NCBI GenBank assembly: GCA_965216465.1
Contig: CBDCFW010000005.1
Span: 1-64,000, forward strand
Direction: 5' to 3'
DNA: 64,000 nucleotides
Source of the DNA: Bacteroidia bacterium
GTDB lineage: Bacteria; Bacteroidota; Bacteroidia; NS11-12g; UBA9320
This document shows positions 20,545 through 31,440 of this stretch, piece by piece. Numbering within the stretch: the first letter of the stretch is position 1; the number at the start of each line of letters is the position of its first letter. Below the pieces are notes generated by a model. It was not told the origin of the DNA. It saw only the letters and a program-made list of their open reading frames with translations, and did not search any database. The translations under genes and the position numbers were made by a program.

Positions 20545-22207
20545 ACTTTTAACACTTCTTCTAATATTTCTTTCTTCTGTATCTCTGGGCCAAACCAAGA
20601 GTGCATACTACGTAAAATTTAAAGCAAAAAATACTTCATTTACACCAGAAGAAATGCTTAGTCCAAAGGCAATAAACCGTCGAGCTAAGTTCCATATCGA
20701 TTACGATTCATTAGACCATCCTGTAAACCCAGAATATATTCATTCGGTTTTAAGCGATTCAAATATTACGCTACGCTACACCTTAAAATGGCACAATGCC
20801 ATCGTAGTTGAATCTAACTTTATGGATATGGACAAGGTGGCTCAAAACCCATACGTTGCTAAGATTGCTTACGTGGGAAAGACCAAAGCATATACACCCA
20901 ACAACAACCTACCGTTTTTATCGCCGGTAAAAAAGTTAAAGGAAAGTGACATGTCTACTGCTAATCTAAGCAAATCCGATTATGGTAAAACCTACGAACA
21001 AAACTTACAAATAGGTGTAACCAAGCTACACCAATTGGGATTTGATGGAACAGGGGTAACTGTTGCCGTTTTCGATGCTGGTTTTTATAACATCGATAAA
21101 ATTCCTGGTTTTTTAAAGCATCAAGCCAATCAAAAAATAACTTATGGATTGGACTTAGTTGATCTCGATAACAAAATGAATGACAAGGATAACCACGGCA
21201 CCGCGGTATCGACTGCACTAGGGGCCTATGACCGTGGAAAGTTTATCGGTTCAGCACCAGGATCCAGACTCATTCTTTTCCGAACTGAAAATGCATCAAG
21301 CGAATATCACCTCGAGGAGTTAAATTGGTGTAAAGCAGCAGAACTAGCAGATAGTGTTGGTGTAGATATGATTACTTCTTCGTTGGGCTATACACAATTC
21401 GACGATAAGTCGATGACTTATACCCACAATCAACTGACTGGAAGATTCTCCTATGTAAGCCTTGGTGCACGAACGGCGGTTAGCAAAGGAATTTTTGTGT
21501 TGAACAGTGCAGGAAACGAAGGAGATGATAAATGGCTAAAGATTGGAACCCCAGCTGACGTACCTGAAGTCTTGACCATCGGTGCGGTTAACAAAAAGAA
21601 CGAAATTGGAGGCTTTAGCAGCCGAGGCTTTAATGCCACAGGTCATGTAAAGCCAGATGTGTGTGCGCTTGGAGTTCGTGCTAATGTTGGAAGCACGTAT
21701 GGAAGCTATTATCAAGGCTACGGAACTTCATACGCAACACCAATTGCCGCAGGAGGAGTATCTTGCTTACTTCAGGCATTTCCGAACAACAGCCCGAAAG
21801 AAATAGCAGATGCAATTCGTGCTACCGCATTAAATAATAACAATCCAGATTCGCTTCAAGGATACGGAGTTGCTCAACTGCACATTGCTTTGGAACTTCT
21901 TAAAGCCATAGCAGAAAATAAAGATCCGCATATTATCAGCTTACAAAAAGATAAACTTAGTTTATATACAAAAGAAGCTCATACGGTTTCAATTGAAATC
22001 TACAATCAGCAAAAGTTGTTGTGGATCTTTAAGCGTAAAAAATTGATTTTCTCCGACACCCAATCCACCAATTCACCCATAACATATGTTGACTTAGGTA
22101 AAACCAAGATAATGTGTAGCAAAAAATACACAATCAAAGCAAATCTCGTTGGTACTGTGGAAAATCACACCCTGAAAAACAAGGACTTAACGCCGTGTAG
22201 CGATTAA
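20507..22207 (+). CDS. S8 family subtilisin-like serine peptidase
   Basis: Catalytic triad VAVFDAG, NHGT and GTSYATP; oxyanion SAGN; signal peptide. Start uncertain. Confidence 0.92.
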   Translation: MHIQRRYLAPIGKLLTLLLIFLSSVSLGQTKSAYYVKFKAKNTSFTPEEMLSPKAINRRAKFHIDYDSLDHPVNPEYIHSVLSDSNITLRYTLKWHNAIVVESNFMDMDKVAQNPYVAKIAYVGKTKAYTPNNNLPFLSPVKKLKESDMSTANLSKSDYGKTYEQNLQIGVTKLHQLGFDGTGVTVAVFDAGFYNIDKIPGFLKHQANQKITYGLDLVDLDNKMNDKDNHGTAVSTALGAYDRGKFIGSAPGSRLILFRTENASSEYHLEELNWCKAAELADSVGVDMITSSLGYTQFDDKSMTYTHNQLTGRFSYVSLGARTAVSKGIFVLNSAGNEGDDKWLKIGTPADVPEVLTIGAVNKKNEIGGFSSRGFNATGHVKPDVCALGVRANVGSTYGSYYQGYGTSYATPIAAGGVSCLLQAFPNNSPKEIADAIRATALNNNNPDSLQGYGVAQLHIALELLKAIAENKDPHIISLQKDKLSLYTKEAHTVSIEIYNQQKLLWIFKRKKLIFSDTQSTNSPITYVDLGKTKIMCSKKYTIKANLVGTVENHTLKNKDLTPCSD

Positions 22208-22252
22208 GTTTGCAGCATCTTCTCTAAGTAATAAGGTTTAGTTAATTAGTCT

Positions 22253-22283
22253 GATGGGGTGGTTTCACCCCATCTTCTTTTTT
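22253..22283 (+). terminator. Intrinsic terminator
   Basis: GATGGGGTG-GTTT-CACCCCATC followed by TTCTTTTTT. Confidence 0.8.
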
Positions 22284-25200
22284 ATAACTTTATGATTTGA
22301 TGTCTCTCAATTGAATTTCCAACTTTAACCTCCACGATGTATAATCCCGAGGCGCTGTTAATAGACATCTTGAATTCACTAATACCCGGCTTTTGACTCA
22401 TAATTTCAGCTCCGTGAATATCATACACTCGAACTTCTTCTATGGGTTCTTTCGATCTAACTTCGATAGCACCTTGAGTAGGGTTAGGATAAACTAGCAC
22501 ATTTAAATCATTTAACGTGTTAAGTCCTGCCCCATCAACAAAGTTGAAATAGGTAATAACTGTATCATTGCTAACATCTTGGTCATTAAGTAGCTTAACT
22601 GTGAAAATCGCCTCGGCAATATCTACAGCATCATAAAACAACATGCTGTCAAATTGAATAAGGGTATCTCTTCCACCTGCTAATCCAATAATTTGGGATT
22701 TGTTATAAATTCTAAGACCATCTACCTTCACTTCACAATGAACAGTGAATTGATCTGCATCTTCTATACCTTCGTTCAATATATGCATTTGCGGTGCGTA
22801 TTTAGAATTCACTCGCAATCTTGAACTATCTTTTGGGAACCAAACGGAATCAATTGCCATGTCAAACCTTTCTACCACCTCAAACTCGGAAACTACTTCA
22901 TTGTTAACCTCGTTATCATCTTGACCAATAAAAGTGGATGTGAACTGATACAATCCCTCAATTGCAGTCCAAGACGTATCAGACACGTAATTGTATCCTG
23001 TATACGGAGATAATATAGCTAAACTTACCGTGTCTTCAAATATGGCCTGACCGTTTCGTGTAAAGGCTAAACGAACTTGAACATCTTTTGCAGTATCAAT
23101 TCCATAATTTGCCAATTGAACGATTGGTGTTACCAACTCCCCTATTTCTAGGGTATCTCCATGCAGTGGATTTATGTTCGCAACCATAAAGATGTCTTTT
23201 GCATATCGTGTTCCAAAACTGGTGATAATAGTATCGTTTGTTGAAGGTTCATCCTCATCAGCCCAATGGTTAATCACTGTAACAAAGAAATCACCTAAGT
23301 CTGCATATGAAACTTCATCATTGAACTTAAAAGTATCTGAACTAAATGAAGAAATGCTTATATATATTGTATCTTCATAAGTTACTTGTCCAAAGTTGTT
23401 TTCAATTTCAATTGAAATCGGCACATTATTCGCGTTATTTAATCCATTATTTGTGATAATGATTTCAGGCCGCTCTGAACTTGAATTTATTTTAACTACT
23501 CCTGCTGGGTTAAGGAGTTCTACCAGCATTAAATCATCGCCAGTAACCACACTAAATTTAGCACTTGCTGTATCATTTGCAGGAATCTGATCGTCTTTGT
23601 TGTCACACGAAAGGTAGAACGTATATTCCCCCAAGGTATCAGCTAAAAACTCTTCGTGTATTATTTGGCTATTGCTAAAAAATGGAGTGTTTCTCAACGT
23701 TGTGTCCGTGTAAACAATCTGCTTCTTGCTATTCTCAATTCGAGCATAGAAGTAAACAGAATCCTGATCTTCTAGCCCGTCGTTTCGGTAAACGGTGTAA
23801 GGTTCAAATTTGGTACCTTTAACGTAACGTTTATTGTGTTGAGGTTTAATGATTCCTAAGATTTGAACATCATCAGTTTTCTTAGCATGAAGTGTAACTT
23901 TAGTGGTGTCATTCGATGGAAATGAATCCCAAGCCATTTGGGTATAAGCTCTAAAAATAAAGCTTCCTTCTTCAAATAAAAACATTGAATCGAAGGTGAG
24001 AATTTCATTTAAACCAGCAGCAATAGACTTGTTAACAACCTGACTATCGACAACTGCACCGAATTGATTTACTAAATCAACCCGAACAGGAAAGTTGCTT
24101 TCGTCTTGTATTCCATAATTAATAAGACGCACAGTTGGCCAAAATCCTTCTCGACTAATTTCAAACGAATCGTTATGAGTGGGACTGTATATGATATCCA
24201 CCGCTACATCATGATCTTTTACTAAATGAAAAGTAACCTCGCCTGTATTATTGTCTTGTACACTATCAGTGTTCAAATGCACTTTTGCACGTGCAGTGAA
24301 TTCACCTACGTTATACAAGCTAAACTTGTCAAAGCTAACTTCTACCGTGTCTTCGGCATCTAACGATATAGTTTTAACCGATGTATAAATCGTTTGTCCA
24401 TACTTGTTCAGAATATCCATTGACACATTAAAGAATCCTTGATTTTGATATCCGTAATTGATTACGCTTGCTTTAATATCTAACGAATCAGTTCGGTGAT
24501 ATCTAAACGTATCGTTCTCTTGCGGAGTAACCATTTCCAAAATAGCCAAGTCGTTTGCAACCTGAAGTCTGGGTTGAATGTTGAAGTTAAAGTCAAATCC
24601 AGGTGAAAATGAAACCCAATTGGTATCTTGAGCAGGAGCTGCAAAATAGAACGTGTGTGGTCTTACAGGTCTTTCATATTGAAAACTGAATGAAACATTG
24701 GTATTGCTAGTCTGTCTAATTCCTACATAAAACCCTCCAGAAACCTGAATTCGCGGCAATACGGGTAAGATAAATGTGCCTGCTGTTGAGGTTAACGAAT
24801 CGGACACAAATAATTCCGTTCCCGGTAAGCCTCCCGTTCCATTGTCGTCCCAAACCACTAACTGGAATGCCCTTCCTGCTAAGTTAAAATCAACCTTAAT
24901 CTGATTGATGTATGAGGTCCCTCCTACATAAAATCGCGAAACAAAATCTCCCGTCGAACCATTAAAACCAATTCCTCCACTGGAACCAGAAAACGGATCT
25001 GCTTGAGAATAGTTATTGTAACTCACCAATCGATCCATGGCAATTGAGTTATTTGTTAAGTCACCATCGGCTCCAATGGTAACCTTCAGATTCTCAGCCC
25101 CTATGGTATCTGCTTTGTGCGAATCAAAGTATACAAATTTCTTTTCGTATGGATGAATGGAGTCAATTACAGTAGAATCAGAAAACGTGCTACTACCTGT

Positions 25201-26016
25201 TACATCTAGGTAAACTTTGTGATTGTATACCGTCTTTTTACCTACATTTTGAATAATGGTTTTAATGCTGTCTGAGCGATTCATTAATACCGGAACGGTA
25301 CCAAGTGCATAGATGCGATATGTTTCAAGTTCAGTATCGTTATCGGCATGATAAATCCTAATCGTAGGTTTAATAGATGACGATGAATTAGTAATACTAT
25401 CCATCCCACTTGTGCTGCTACCTGAAATAAATTTAGTTTCATCGTTTGAGATATAGGCTGGCACATAAAACGACGACTCGCAATAGAACTGCACCACTTC
25501 ACTTTGGTTCGTATTCTGAGTATATTCTACAAGTACTTCTAAATTATTTCCATTGGTTGTGTCGAAAACGAAGGCGTCAACTTGATTAAATCTAAAAAGA
25601 GCATCTCCAGGAATATTTCCCATCGCACTTTTGGGATTTCCTTCGTAAACTAGCGTTGTTCCAAGTCTTGACTGCGCTAACCAATTAATTGTTCCTGTAC
25701 CATAATCAGCCTGCGACGAATTTTTGACATAAATTTTCAAATTGCAATTTCCAGCAAGTGTGTCATTTATACGATGTTTAAATTCAAATGCAGTAATGCT
25801 ATCTCCATGTTTCAAATTAAACAATGCTCCACTTGGGTAGATATAAGCGTAGCGACTATAGAATGCTGAGCTTAAATCTGTTTTAAAGGGCCCAAACGAA
25901 GATGAAGCAAAACCTCCTTCGCCAATTTGAGTGTATTGTCCTTGTACATTAAGGACGAATAAAAGTGTCAAGAAAAGCCAAGGTAGTCGGTGTAGTTTCA
26001 TATGGGATTTATCCAA
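22282..26016 (-). CDS. Large T9SS-sorted surface protein with tandem CARDB/Ig-like repeats
   Basis: Signal peptide; about 7 repeats of D(L/V/M)A...P...N.G...D....ND; type-A CTD VYPNPT...VYDIHG...SGLYIV...IIKL. Confidence 0.85.
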   Translation of the reverse strand: MDKSHMKLHRLPWLFLTLLFVLNVQGQYTQIGEGGFASSSFGPFKTDLSSAFYSRYAYIYPSGALFNLKHGDSITAFEFKHRINDTLAGNCNLKIYVKNSSQADYGTGTINWLAQSRLGTTLVYEGNPKSAMGNIPGDALFRFNQVDAFVFDTTNGNNLEVLVEYTQNTNQSEVVQFYCESSFYVPAYISNDETKFISGSSTSGMDSITNSSSSIKPTIRIYHADNDTELETYRIYALGTVPVLMNRSDSIKTIIQNVGKKTVYNHKVYLDVTGSSTFSDSTVIDSIHPYEKKFVYFDSHKADTIGAENLKVTIGADGDLTNNSIAMDRLVSYNNYSQADPFSGSSGGIGFNGSTGDFVSRFYVGGTSYINQIKVDFNLAGRAFQLVVWDDNGTGGLPGTELFVSDSLTSTAGTFILPVLPRIQVSGGFYVGIRQTSNTNVSFSFQYERPVRPHTFYFAAPAQDTNWVSFSPGFDFNFNIQPRLQVANDLAILEMVTPQENDTFRYHRTDSLDIKASVINYGYQNQGFFNVSMDILNKYGQTIYTSVKTISLDAEDTVEVSFDKFSLYNVGEFTARAKVHLNTDSVQDNNTGEVTFHLVKDHDVAVDIIYSPTHNDSFEISREGFWPTVRLINYGIQDESNFPVRVDLVNQFGAVVDSQVVNKSIAAGLNEILTFDSMFLFEEGSFIFRAYTQMAWDSFPSNDTTKVTLHAKKTDDVQILGIIKPQHNKRYVKGTKFEPYTVYRNDGLEDQDSVYFYARIENSKKQIVYTDTTLRNTPFFSNSQIIHEEFLADTLGEYTFYLSCDNKDDQIPANDTASAKFSVVTGDDLMLVELLNPAGVVKINSSSERPEIIITNNGLNNANNVPISIEIENNFGQVTYEDTIYISISSFSSDTFKFNDEVSYADLGDFFVTVINHWADEDEPSTNDTIITSFGTRYAKDIFMVANINPLHGDTLEIGELVTPIVQLANYGIDTAKDVQVRLAFTRNGQAIFEDTVSLAILSPYTGYNYVSDTSWTAIEGLYQFTSTFIGQDDNEVNNEVVSEFEVVERFDMAIDSVWFPKDSSRLRVNSKYAPQMHILNEGIEDADQFTVHCEVKVDGLRIYNKSQIIGLAGGRDTLIQFDSMLFYDAVDIAEAIFTVKLLNDQDVSNDTVITYFNFVDGAGLNTLNDLNVLVYPNPTQGAIEVRSKEPIEEVRVYDIHGAEIMSQKPGISEFKMSINSASGLYIVEVKVGNSIERHQIIKL

Positions 26017-26080
26017 AATTACTTAAAATGTAATATTAATTAGATTCCCATTGAGTTAAAGGCTAAATTTCGGCTGAAAA

Positions 26081-28165
26081 ATGACACTTAGCAAATCATT
26101 CTTGTTCATCTTGGTTTTAATTTCTTTAGGATCATGCGCTCAGAATGACAAAAATTCAGAAATGCACCAATATACGAACGACCTTATACATGAAACAAGT
26201 CCATATCTCTTACAACATGCTCATAATCCGGTTGATTGGCATGCATGGAATGCCGAAAATCTAAAAGAAGCCCAAGAACTTAACAAACCCATTTTGATAA
26301 GTATTGGATACAGCAGCTGTCATTGGTGCCACGTAATGGAGCACGAAAGCTTTGAGGATGCAGAGGTGGCAAAATATATGAACGAGCACTTTTATTGCAT
26401 CAAGGTAGACCGTGAAGAACGTCCGGATGTCGACCAAATTTATATGACGGCAGCAAACATTATTACCGGCAATGGAGGTTGGCCATTAAATTGCTTTGCC
26501 ATGCCTGATGGAAGGCCCTTTCATGCAGGAACATATTATCCAAAAAATGATTGGCTTAAATTGCTTCAAACCGTAGACCTTCAATTTACACGAAACAGAA
26601 GCAAACTTGAAGACTATGCGTCGCGTTTAACACAAGGAATTCGCTTACAAGAAACGGCTATAAGTGACAATCTAGCTTCACCATTAAATTATGACGCACT
26701 GATATCAGCTGTGAACGAATGGAAGAGCCAATGGGATATGGAAGAAGGCGGCATGAATAGAGCTCCAAAATTCCCTATGCCCTCAAACTACAATTTTCTG
26801 CTTGACTACAATCACTTCGAAAGTGATCAAGTAGTAGATGATTTTATTCAACTCAGCTTGCAAAAAATGGCATTCGGAGGAATTTATGACCAAGTTGGAG
26901 GTGGATTTGCACGGTATAGTACTGATAAGCTTTGGAAGGCTCCACATTTTGAAAAAATGCTATACGACAATGGCCAATTATTAAGCTTGTATAGCAAGGC
27001 ATATCGTAAATATAAAAACCCGCTATACCAAGAAGTTATTGACCAAACCGTTAATTGGCTTAAGAATGAAATGCTTGACGAAAGCGGATTATTTTATTCG
27101 GCATTAGACGCGGATAGTGAAGGCGAAGAAGGAAAATTCTATGTCTGGAAAGCTAACGAATTTGGGTTACTCGGTGAAGACGAAGAGTTAATCAAAGCCT
27201 TTTATGAGGTCAACAAAAAAGGACTTTGGGAACATGGAAATAACATCCTACTTAGGAAAAAATCATATTCAGAGATTGCAGAGCAATTTGGAGTTGACGA
27301 GAGTGACGTAAGAGAAAAAGTGAAGCGAGCGAATAAGTTGTTATACGAAGAACGAAGCAAAAGAGTGCACCCTAGTCTAGACGACAAATGCCTTACTTCT
27401 TGGAATGGATTAGTTATTACAGGTCTAGCGGAAGCGTTCAAAACGACCAATAATAAAGATTATAAAGTTCTGGCAATCAATTGCTTAAATGCTTTAATCA
27501 AATCTCAAGTGCGGGATGACCATTTGCTTCATAGCTACAAAAGTGGAATTTCATCCATTGATGGAATGTTAGAAGATTATTGTTTTATGGCCGAAGCTTG
27601 TTTATCTGTCTTTGAAATAACAGGAGATGAAACTTATGCAGAGCAGGCAAAGCAAATAACCGAAATGGCAATTGAACTTTTCTATGATGCAGATAAAGAG
27701 ATGTTCTATTTCAATGTTGAAAATGAGCTGATTATCCGCACAACAGAAGTTTATGATAATGTTATTCCTTCTTCAAACTCCGCAATGGCCCATGTTCTCT
27801 ACCAGGTTGGATTGCTTTACGGAAACCCAAGGTACTTAGAAATTTCTCAAACCATGATTGGGAAAGTGCAAAAAAACATTGGTGAATATGTTGGAGGCCA
27901 TAGCAACTGGGGAGCAGCTCACCTCAACTACAGTAAACGAAATTATGAAATTGCAATTGCTGGAAAGGATGCAGAATCAGTAGCCCAAGAAATACAACAA
28001 CTTGCACTTTACAATTGCTGGGTAACATACTCGACGAAAAAATCAAAGCTTCCTTTGTTTGAAGGCAGATACCAAAAGGGTAAAACTTTAATTTATGTTT
28101 GCGAAAGCGGAGCTTGTCAACTTCCAGTAGAATCTTTAGATGAAGCACTTAAACAAATAAAATGA
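26081..28165 (+). CDS. YyaL/SPATA20-like thioredoxin-domain protein
   Basis: [43 protein letters not shown] and [10 protein letters not shown]. Confidence 0.93.
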   Translation: MTLSKSFLFILVLISLGSCAQNDKNSEMHQYTNDLIHETSPYLLQHAHNPVDWHAWNAENLKEAQELNKPILISIGYSSCHWCHVMEHESFEDAEVAKYMNEHFYCIKVDREERPDVDQIYMTAANIITGNGGWPLNCFAMPDGRPFHAGTYYPKNDWLKLLQTVDLQFTRNRSKLEDYASRLTQGIRLQETAISDNLASPLNYDALISAVNEWKSQWDMEEGGMNRAPKFPMPSNYNFLLDYNHFESDQVVDDFIQLSLQKMAFGGIYDQVGGGFARYSTDKLWKAPHFEKMLYDNGQLLSLYSKAYRKYKNPLYQEVIDQTVNWLKNEMLDESGLFYSALDADSEGEEGKFYVWKANEFGLLGEDEELIKAFYEVNKKGLWEHGNNILLRKKSYSEIAEQFGVDESDVREKVKRANKLLYEERSKRVHPSLDDKCLTSWNGLVITGLAEAFKTTNNKDYKVLAINCLNALIKSQVRDDHLLHSYKSGISSIDGMLEDYCFMAEACLSVFEITGDETYAEQAKQITEMAIELFYDADKEMFYFNVENELIIRTTEVYDNVIPSSNSAMAHVLYQVGLLYGNPRYLEISQTMIGKVQKNIGEYVGGHSNWGAAHLNYSKRNYEIAIAGKDAESVAQEIQQLALYNCWVTYSTKKSKLPLFEGRYQKGKTLIYVCESGACQLPVESLDEALKQIK

Positions 28166-28962
28166 ACAAGGAAGAAGAATATTTTGAAATAAACAAAGCA
28201 CTGTGGAATGAGAAAACGCAAATTCATGCCGATAGCAATTTCTATGGCATGGATGCTTTTAAGTCGGGTCAAACAACGTTAAAGTCAATTGAAATAGATT
28301 TGCTTGGTGATATAAGCAACAAGACGCTCCTTCATCTTCAATGTCACTTTGGACAAGACACATTAAGCTTAGCACGTATGGGAGCTAAAGCTACGGGCTT
28401 AGACATTTCAGATGAAGCAGTAAACCTTGCTCGTGACTTAAATAACGAACTAGGACTAGATGCTGAATTTGTTTGTTGTGACTTATACAGTGCCAAAGAG
28501 CATATCAACAAGCAATTTGATATCGTGTTTAGCTCTTATGGCACCATTGGCTGGCTTCCTGATATAAACCGCTGGGCCGAAATTGTAAACCATTTTCTTA
28601 AGCCTGGAGGCAAATTTGTGTTCGTTGAGCTTCATCCGTTCATTTGGATGCATGACGATAGTTTTAAGAAGATTGCGTACTCTTATTTCAACCAAGATCC
28701 GATTATAGAAGTCAACCCTGGTACTTATGCCCAACAAGATGCAGATATAGAAATGACCGAAATCGGCTGGAACCATGGATTGGCAGAAGTAATTTCTGCT
28801 TTGTTGAAACAAGGATTAAGGTTAAATCACTTTGAAGAATTTAATTATTCACCACATAATTGTTTCAAAGACATGGCCGAGATTAAGCCCGGGCAGTTTG
28901 TGATTAAGCATTTCGAAGACAAAGCTCCGATGACTTACTCGGTTGTATTTACTAAGGATTAA
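28162..28962 (+). CDS. Class I SAM-dependent methyltransferase
   Basis: [11 protein letters not shown] motif-I variant, GLDIS, FDIVF and LKPGG. Confidence 0.9.
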   Translation: MNKEEEYFEINKALWNEKTQIHADSNFYGMDAFKSGQTTLKSIEIDLLGDISNKTLLHLQCHFGQDTLSLARMGAKATGLDISDEAVNLARDLNNELGLDAEFVCCDLYSAKEHINKQFDIVFSSYGTIGWLPDINRWAEIVNHFLKPGGKFVFVELHPFIWMHDDSFKKIAYSYFNQDPIIEVNPGTYAQQDADIEMTEIGWNHGLAEVISALLKQGLRLNHFEEFNYSPHNCFKDMAEIKPGQFVIKHFEDKAPMTYSVVFTKD

Positions 28963-29043
28963 CGCAAGCACCCTTTCAAGAGGCTTCGCTTAGGGAACGA
29001 ATATCCAGTTCATTCCCTTTAGATTTCCTTCATTTTAGGATAT

Positions 29044-29085
29044 AAAAAAGGGCCTTAACTCGCGACAACGAAATAAGGCCCTTTT
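29044..29085. terminator. Bidirectional intrinsic terminator
   Basis: AAAAGGGCCTTA...TAAGGCCCTTTT inverted repeat between convergent genes. Confidence 0.75.
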
Positions 29086-29106
29086 CAGAATTCTTTACTA
29101 ATTGAA

Positions 29107-31284
29107 CTAGTCGACGATGGTCATCTCATCAACAATGTGACCAGCACCAGCTAGTTTGTCGATGCACCAAAGTACATAGCGAATGTCAACAGAAATTGTT
29201 CTTTGCAATTCGTCTTCGAATGCAATATCACCACTCATTGCTTCCCAGTTACCATCAAAAGCAAGACCAATTAATTCACCGTTTCCGTTAATCACAGGAC
29301 TTCCAGAATTACCTCCAGTGATGTCATTGTTTGTTAAGAAGCAGATTCTAAGATCCTCTTCTCCAGGGCGAAGATATCTTCCATAATCACGTGCTTTTGC
29401 TTTCTCAAGGTATCCCGCAGGCAAATCAAATTCGTGATCACCTGGTTGGTATTTCTGCAATACACCTTTCATCGTAGTGAAGTGTTTGTATAGCATTGCG
29501 TCACCTGGAGAGTATTCTAATACTTGACCATAAGTGAATCGCATTGAGCTGTTCGCATTAGGAGAGAAAGCTTTGTCTGGGTGCATTTCGAATAATGCAG
29601 CCTTGTATAGTCTGTCTGCAGTCGCTCTTTTTTGATTTGCTTCACCAAACATCATTTGTAAATCTTTTCTGTAGAAATCAAGCATGATAGATGCAAATTT
29701 CACTCCAAGGTCTTTCTTTAATCCTTTTGCGCTTGGGTTCTCAAGGAAGCTGATAGCTTTCTCCTTATCTACTAGAAATGAAGATTTAAAGATATGCTCA
29801 ACCATTTTATCGGTATTGTTTTTGCACTTCGCTAACAACGTGTTGAATTCAGCAGGTCTTTGGTCTGCAGGAATATCATTAACATAAAAAGCAAGCATTG
29901 CTTTTGCAACGTCTTTGTCAATTGGCTGGTAGTAATCTTTAAAGTTGGCATCGACACCCGCTTTAAGGTTCCCAATCAACCCATCAATTTTTTCTTGAAT
30001 TTTTGCTTTCTTCTCTTCGTCTTTTTCCGCCGCAAGAGATTCATAAAGATCAGCTAAATTTCCAAATCCAAAACCATAACCAACAAACTCAATTCCATAA
30101 ATCGCTTCCATCCAATACGTTTGAGCAAGCGTTTTTGCATCGAAAATGGCATAGGCATCTTGATACATTTTAATTACATCGCCATACTTTGCCTTTCTAG
30201 CATCATCACCTTCACTTACCCATTTTTCAAAGGCATCTTCTTCTCCTTTTTTCTTTTCGTATACTTTAAGTCTTTTAAGACCTTTAGTTTGTCCGATGAA
30301 GTACTTCCAGTAGTTAGCAACTTGAGCGTGCTTAGCAGCGTACATTAGGTCTACTGCCTCATCTTCATTTTGATACTGCTCGTAAATATCAAGTTTCGCT
30401 CTTCTAATTTTAACACGAGATGGTTGATCTTTATCAGTAGCAAGTTTAACTCCGTAAGAAGAAAGGTAACGATCAGTACTTCCAGGGAATCCCCAAATCA
30501 TAGCAAAATCTCCTTCTTGTACACCTTTAATTGACACTGGAAGGTGGTGTTTTGGTTTGTGAGGAACGTTATCTGCAGAATAACCATCAGTTGGCTTGTT
30601 GTCTTTGTCTGCATATACTCTAAACATAGAGAAGTCACCGGTATGACGAGGCCACATCCAGTTATCGGTGTCACCACCGTATTTACCTACAGACTCAGGT
30701 GGAGTTCCTACAAGTCTTACATCTCCAAAAGTTTGGTAAACGTATGCGAAGTATTTATTTCCGCTGAACATTTCTTTAATGTCAACATCATATCCGCCTT
30801 CCATCATTTCTTTTCTAATACTAGATGAATTCTTAGCAACTTGTTTTGCTCTGTTCTCATCTGTTACGTCAATAAGCACTCTGTCAGTGATATCTTTAAT
30901 CTTTACAAGAAAAGATACGCTGAATCCTGCAGGAAGTTCTTCTGCATTTGACTTAGCCCAAAAACCGTTTTTTAAGTGATTGGCAGTAGTTGTACTTAAT
31001 TCTTGAATAGCACTGTAACCGCAGTGGTGGTTAGTAAGGATCAATCCTTGATCGCTAATTATTTCACCGGTACAAAATCCTCTACCTAAACGAACGATAG
31101 CATCTTTCATAGAGCTATTGTTAATGCTATAAAGTTGCTCAGCAGAAAGCTTTAATCCAAGTCTTTCCATCTCAGCGTGATTGTCGGTGATAAGGGCAGG
31201 AATCCACATTCCTTCATCTGCCTTAACAAACTGACTAGCTAGTAAAGCGGTGGCCCCTAAAATAAAAGTAAATATTCTCTTCAT
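29107..31284 (-). CDS. dpp7: S46 dipeptidyl peptidase, DPP7-like
   Basis: DEGMW N-terminus, TNHHC, DNWMWPRHTGDFS and TGGNSGSP; the S1 region AFDGNWEAMSGD has Gly (DPP7-type), not the Arg of DPP11. Confidence 0.9.
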   Translation of the reverse strand: MKRIFTFILGATALLASQFVKADEGMWIPALITDNHAEMERLGLKLSAEQLYSINNSSMKDAIVRLGRGFCTGEIISDQGLILTNHHCGYSAIQELSTTTANHLKNGFWAKSNAEELPAGFSVSFLVKIKDITDRVLIDVTDENRAKQVAKNSSSIRKEMMEGGYDVDIKEMFSGNKYFAYVYQTFGDVRLVGTPPESVGKYGGDTDNWMWPRHTGDFSMFRVYADKDNKPTDGYSADNVPHKPKHHLPVSIKGVQEGDFAMIWGFPGSTDRYLSSYGVKLATDKDQPSRVKIRRAKLDIYEQYQNEDEAVDLMYAAKHAQVANYWKYFIGQTKGLKRLKVYEKKKGEEDAFEKWVSEGDDARKAKYGDVIKMYQDAYAIFDAKTLAQTYWMEAIYGIEFVGYGFGFGNLADLYESLAAEKDEEKKAKIQEKIDGLIGNLKAGVDANFKDYYQPIDKDVAKAMLAFYVNDIPADQRPAEFNTLLAKCKNNTDKMVEHIFKSSFLVDKEKAISFLENPSAKGLKKDLGVKFASIMLDFYRKDLQMMFGEANQKRATADRLYKAALFEMHPDKAFSPNANSSMRFTYGQVLEYSPGDAMLYKHFTTMKGVLQKYQPGDHEFDLPAGYLEKAKARDYGRYLRPGEEDLRICFLTNNDITGGNSGSPVINGNGELIGLAFDGNWEAMSGDIAFEDELQRTISVDIRYVLWCIDKLAGAGHIVDEMTIVD

Positions 31285-31440
31285 GGTATTGTTTAAAAAG
31301 TGGAGCAAATCTCTAATTTCTGGCGAAATAACCTAGTAAATTGGGCAGCTATCTATAAAAATCAACTTAATTTAGATAGGTTTTGCAGAAGTAACAGAAA
31401 TTTAAGACTCAATTTCACAATAGTTGTACTTTTGCCGCCC

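Noticed and set aside
28963-29040. Extra imperfect hairpin (AGGGAACGAA...TTCATTCCCT) after the methyltransferase, as a REP element or small RNA
   Set aside because: I found no second copy in the window and no known motif; it is plausibly just 3' UTR structure.
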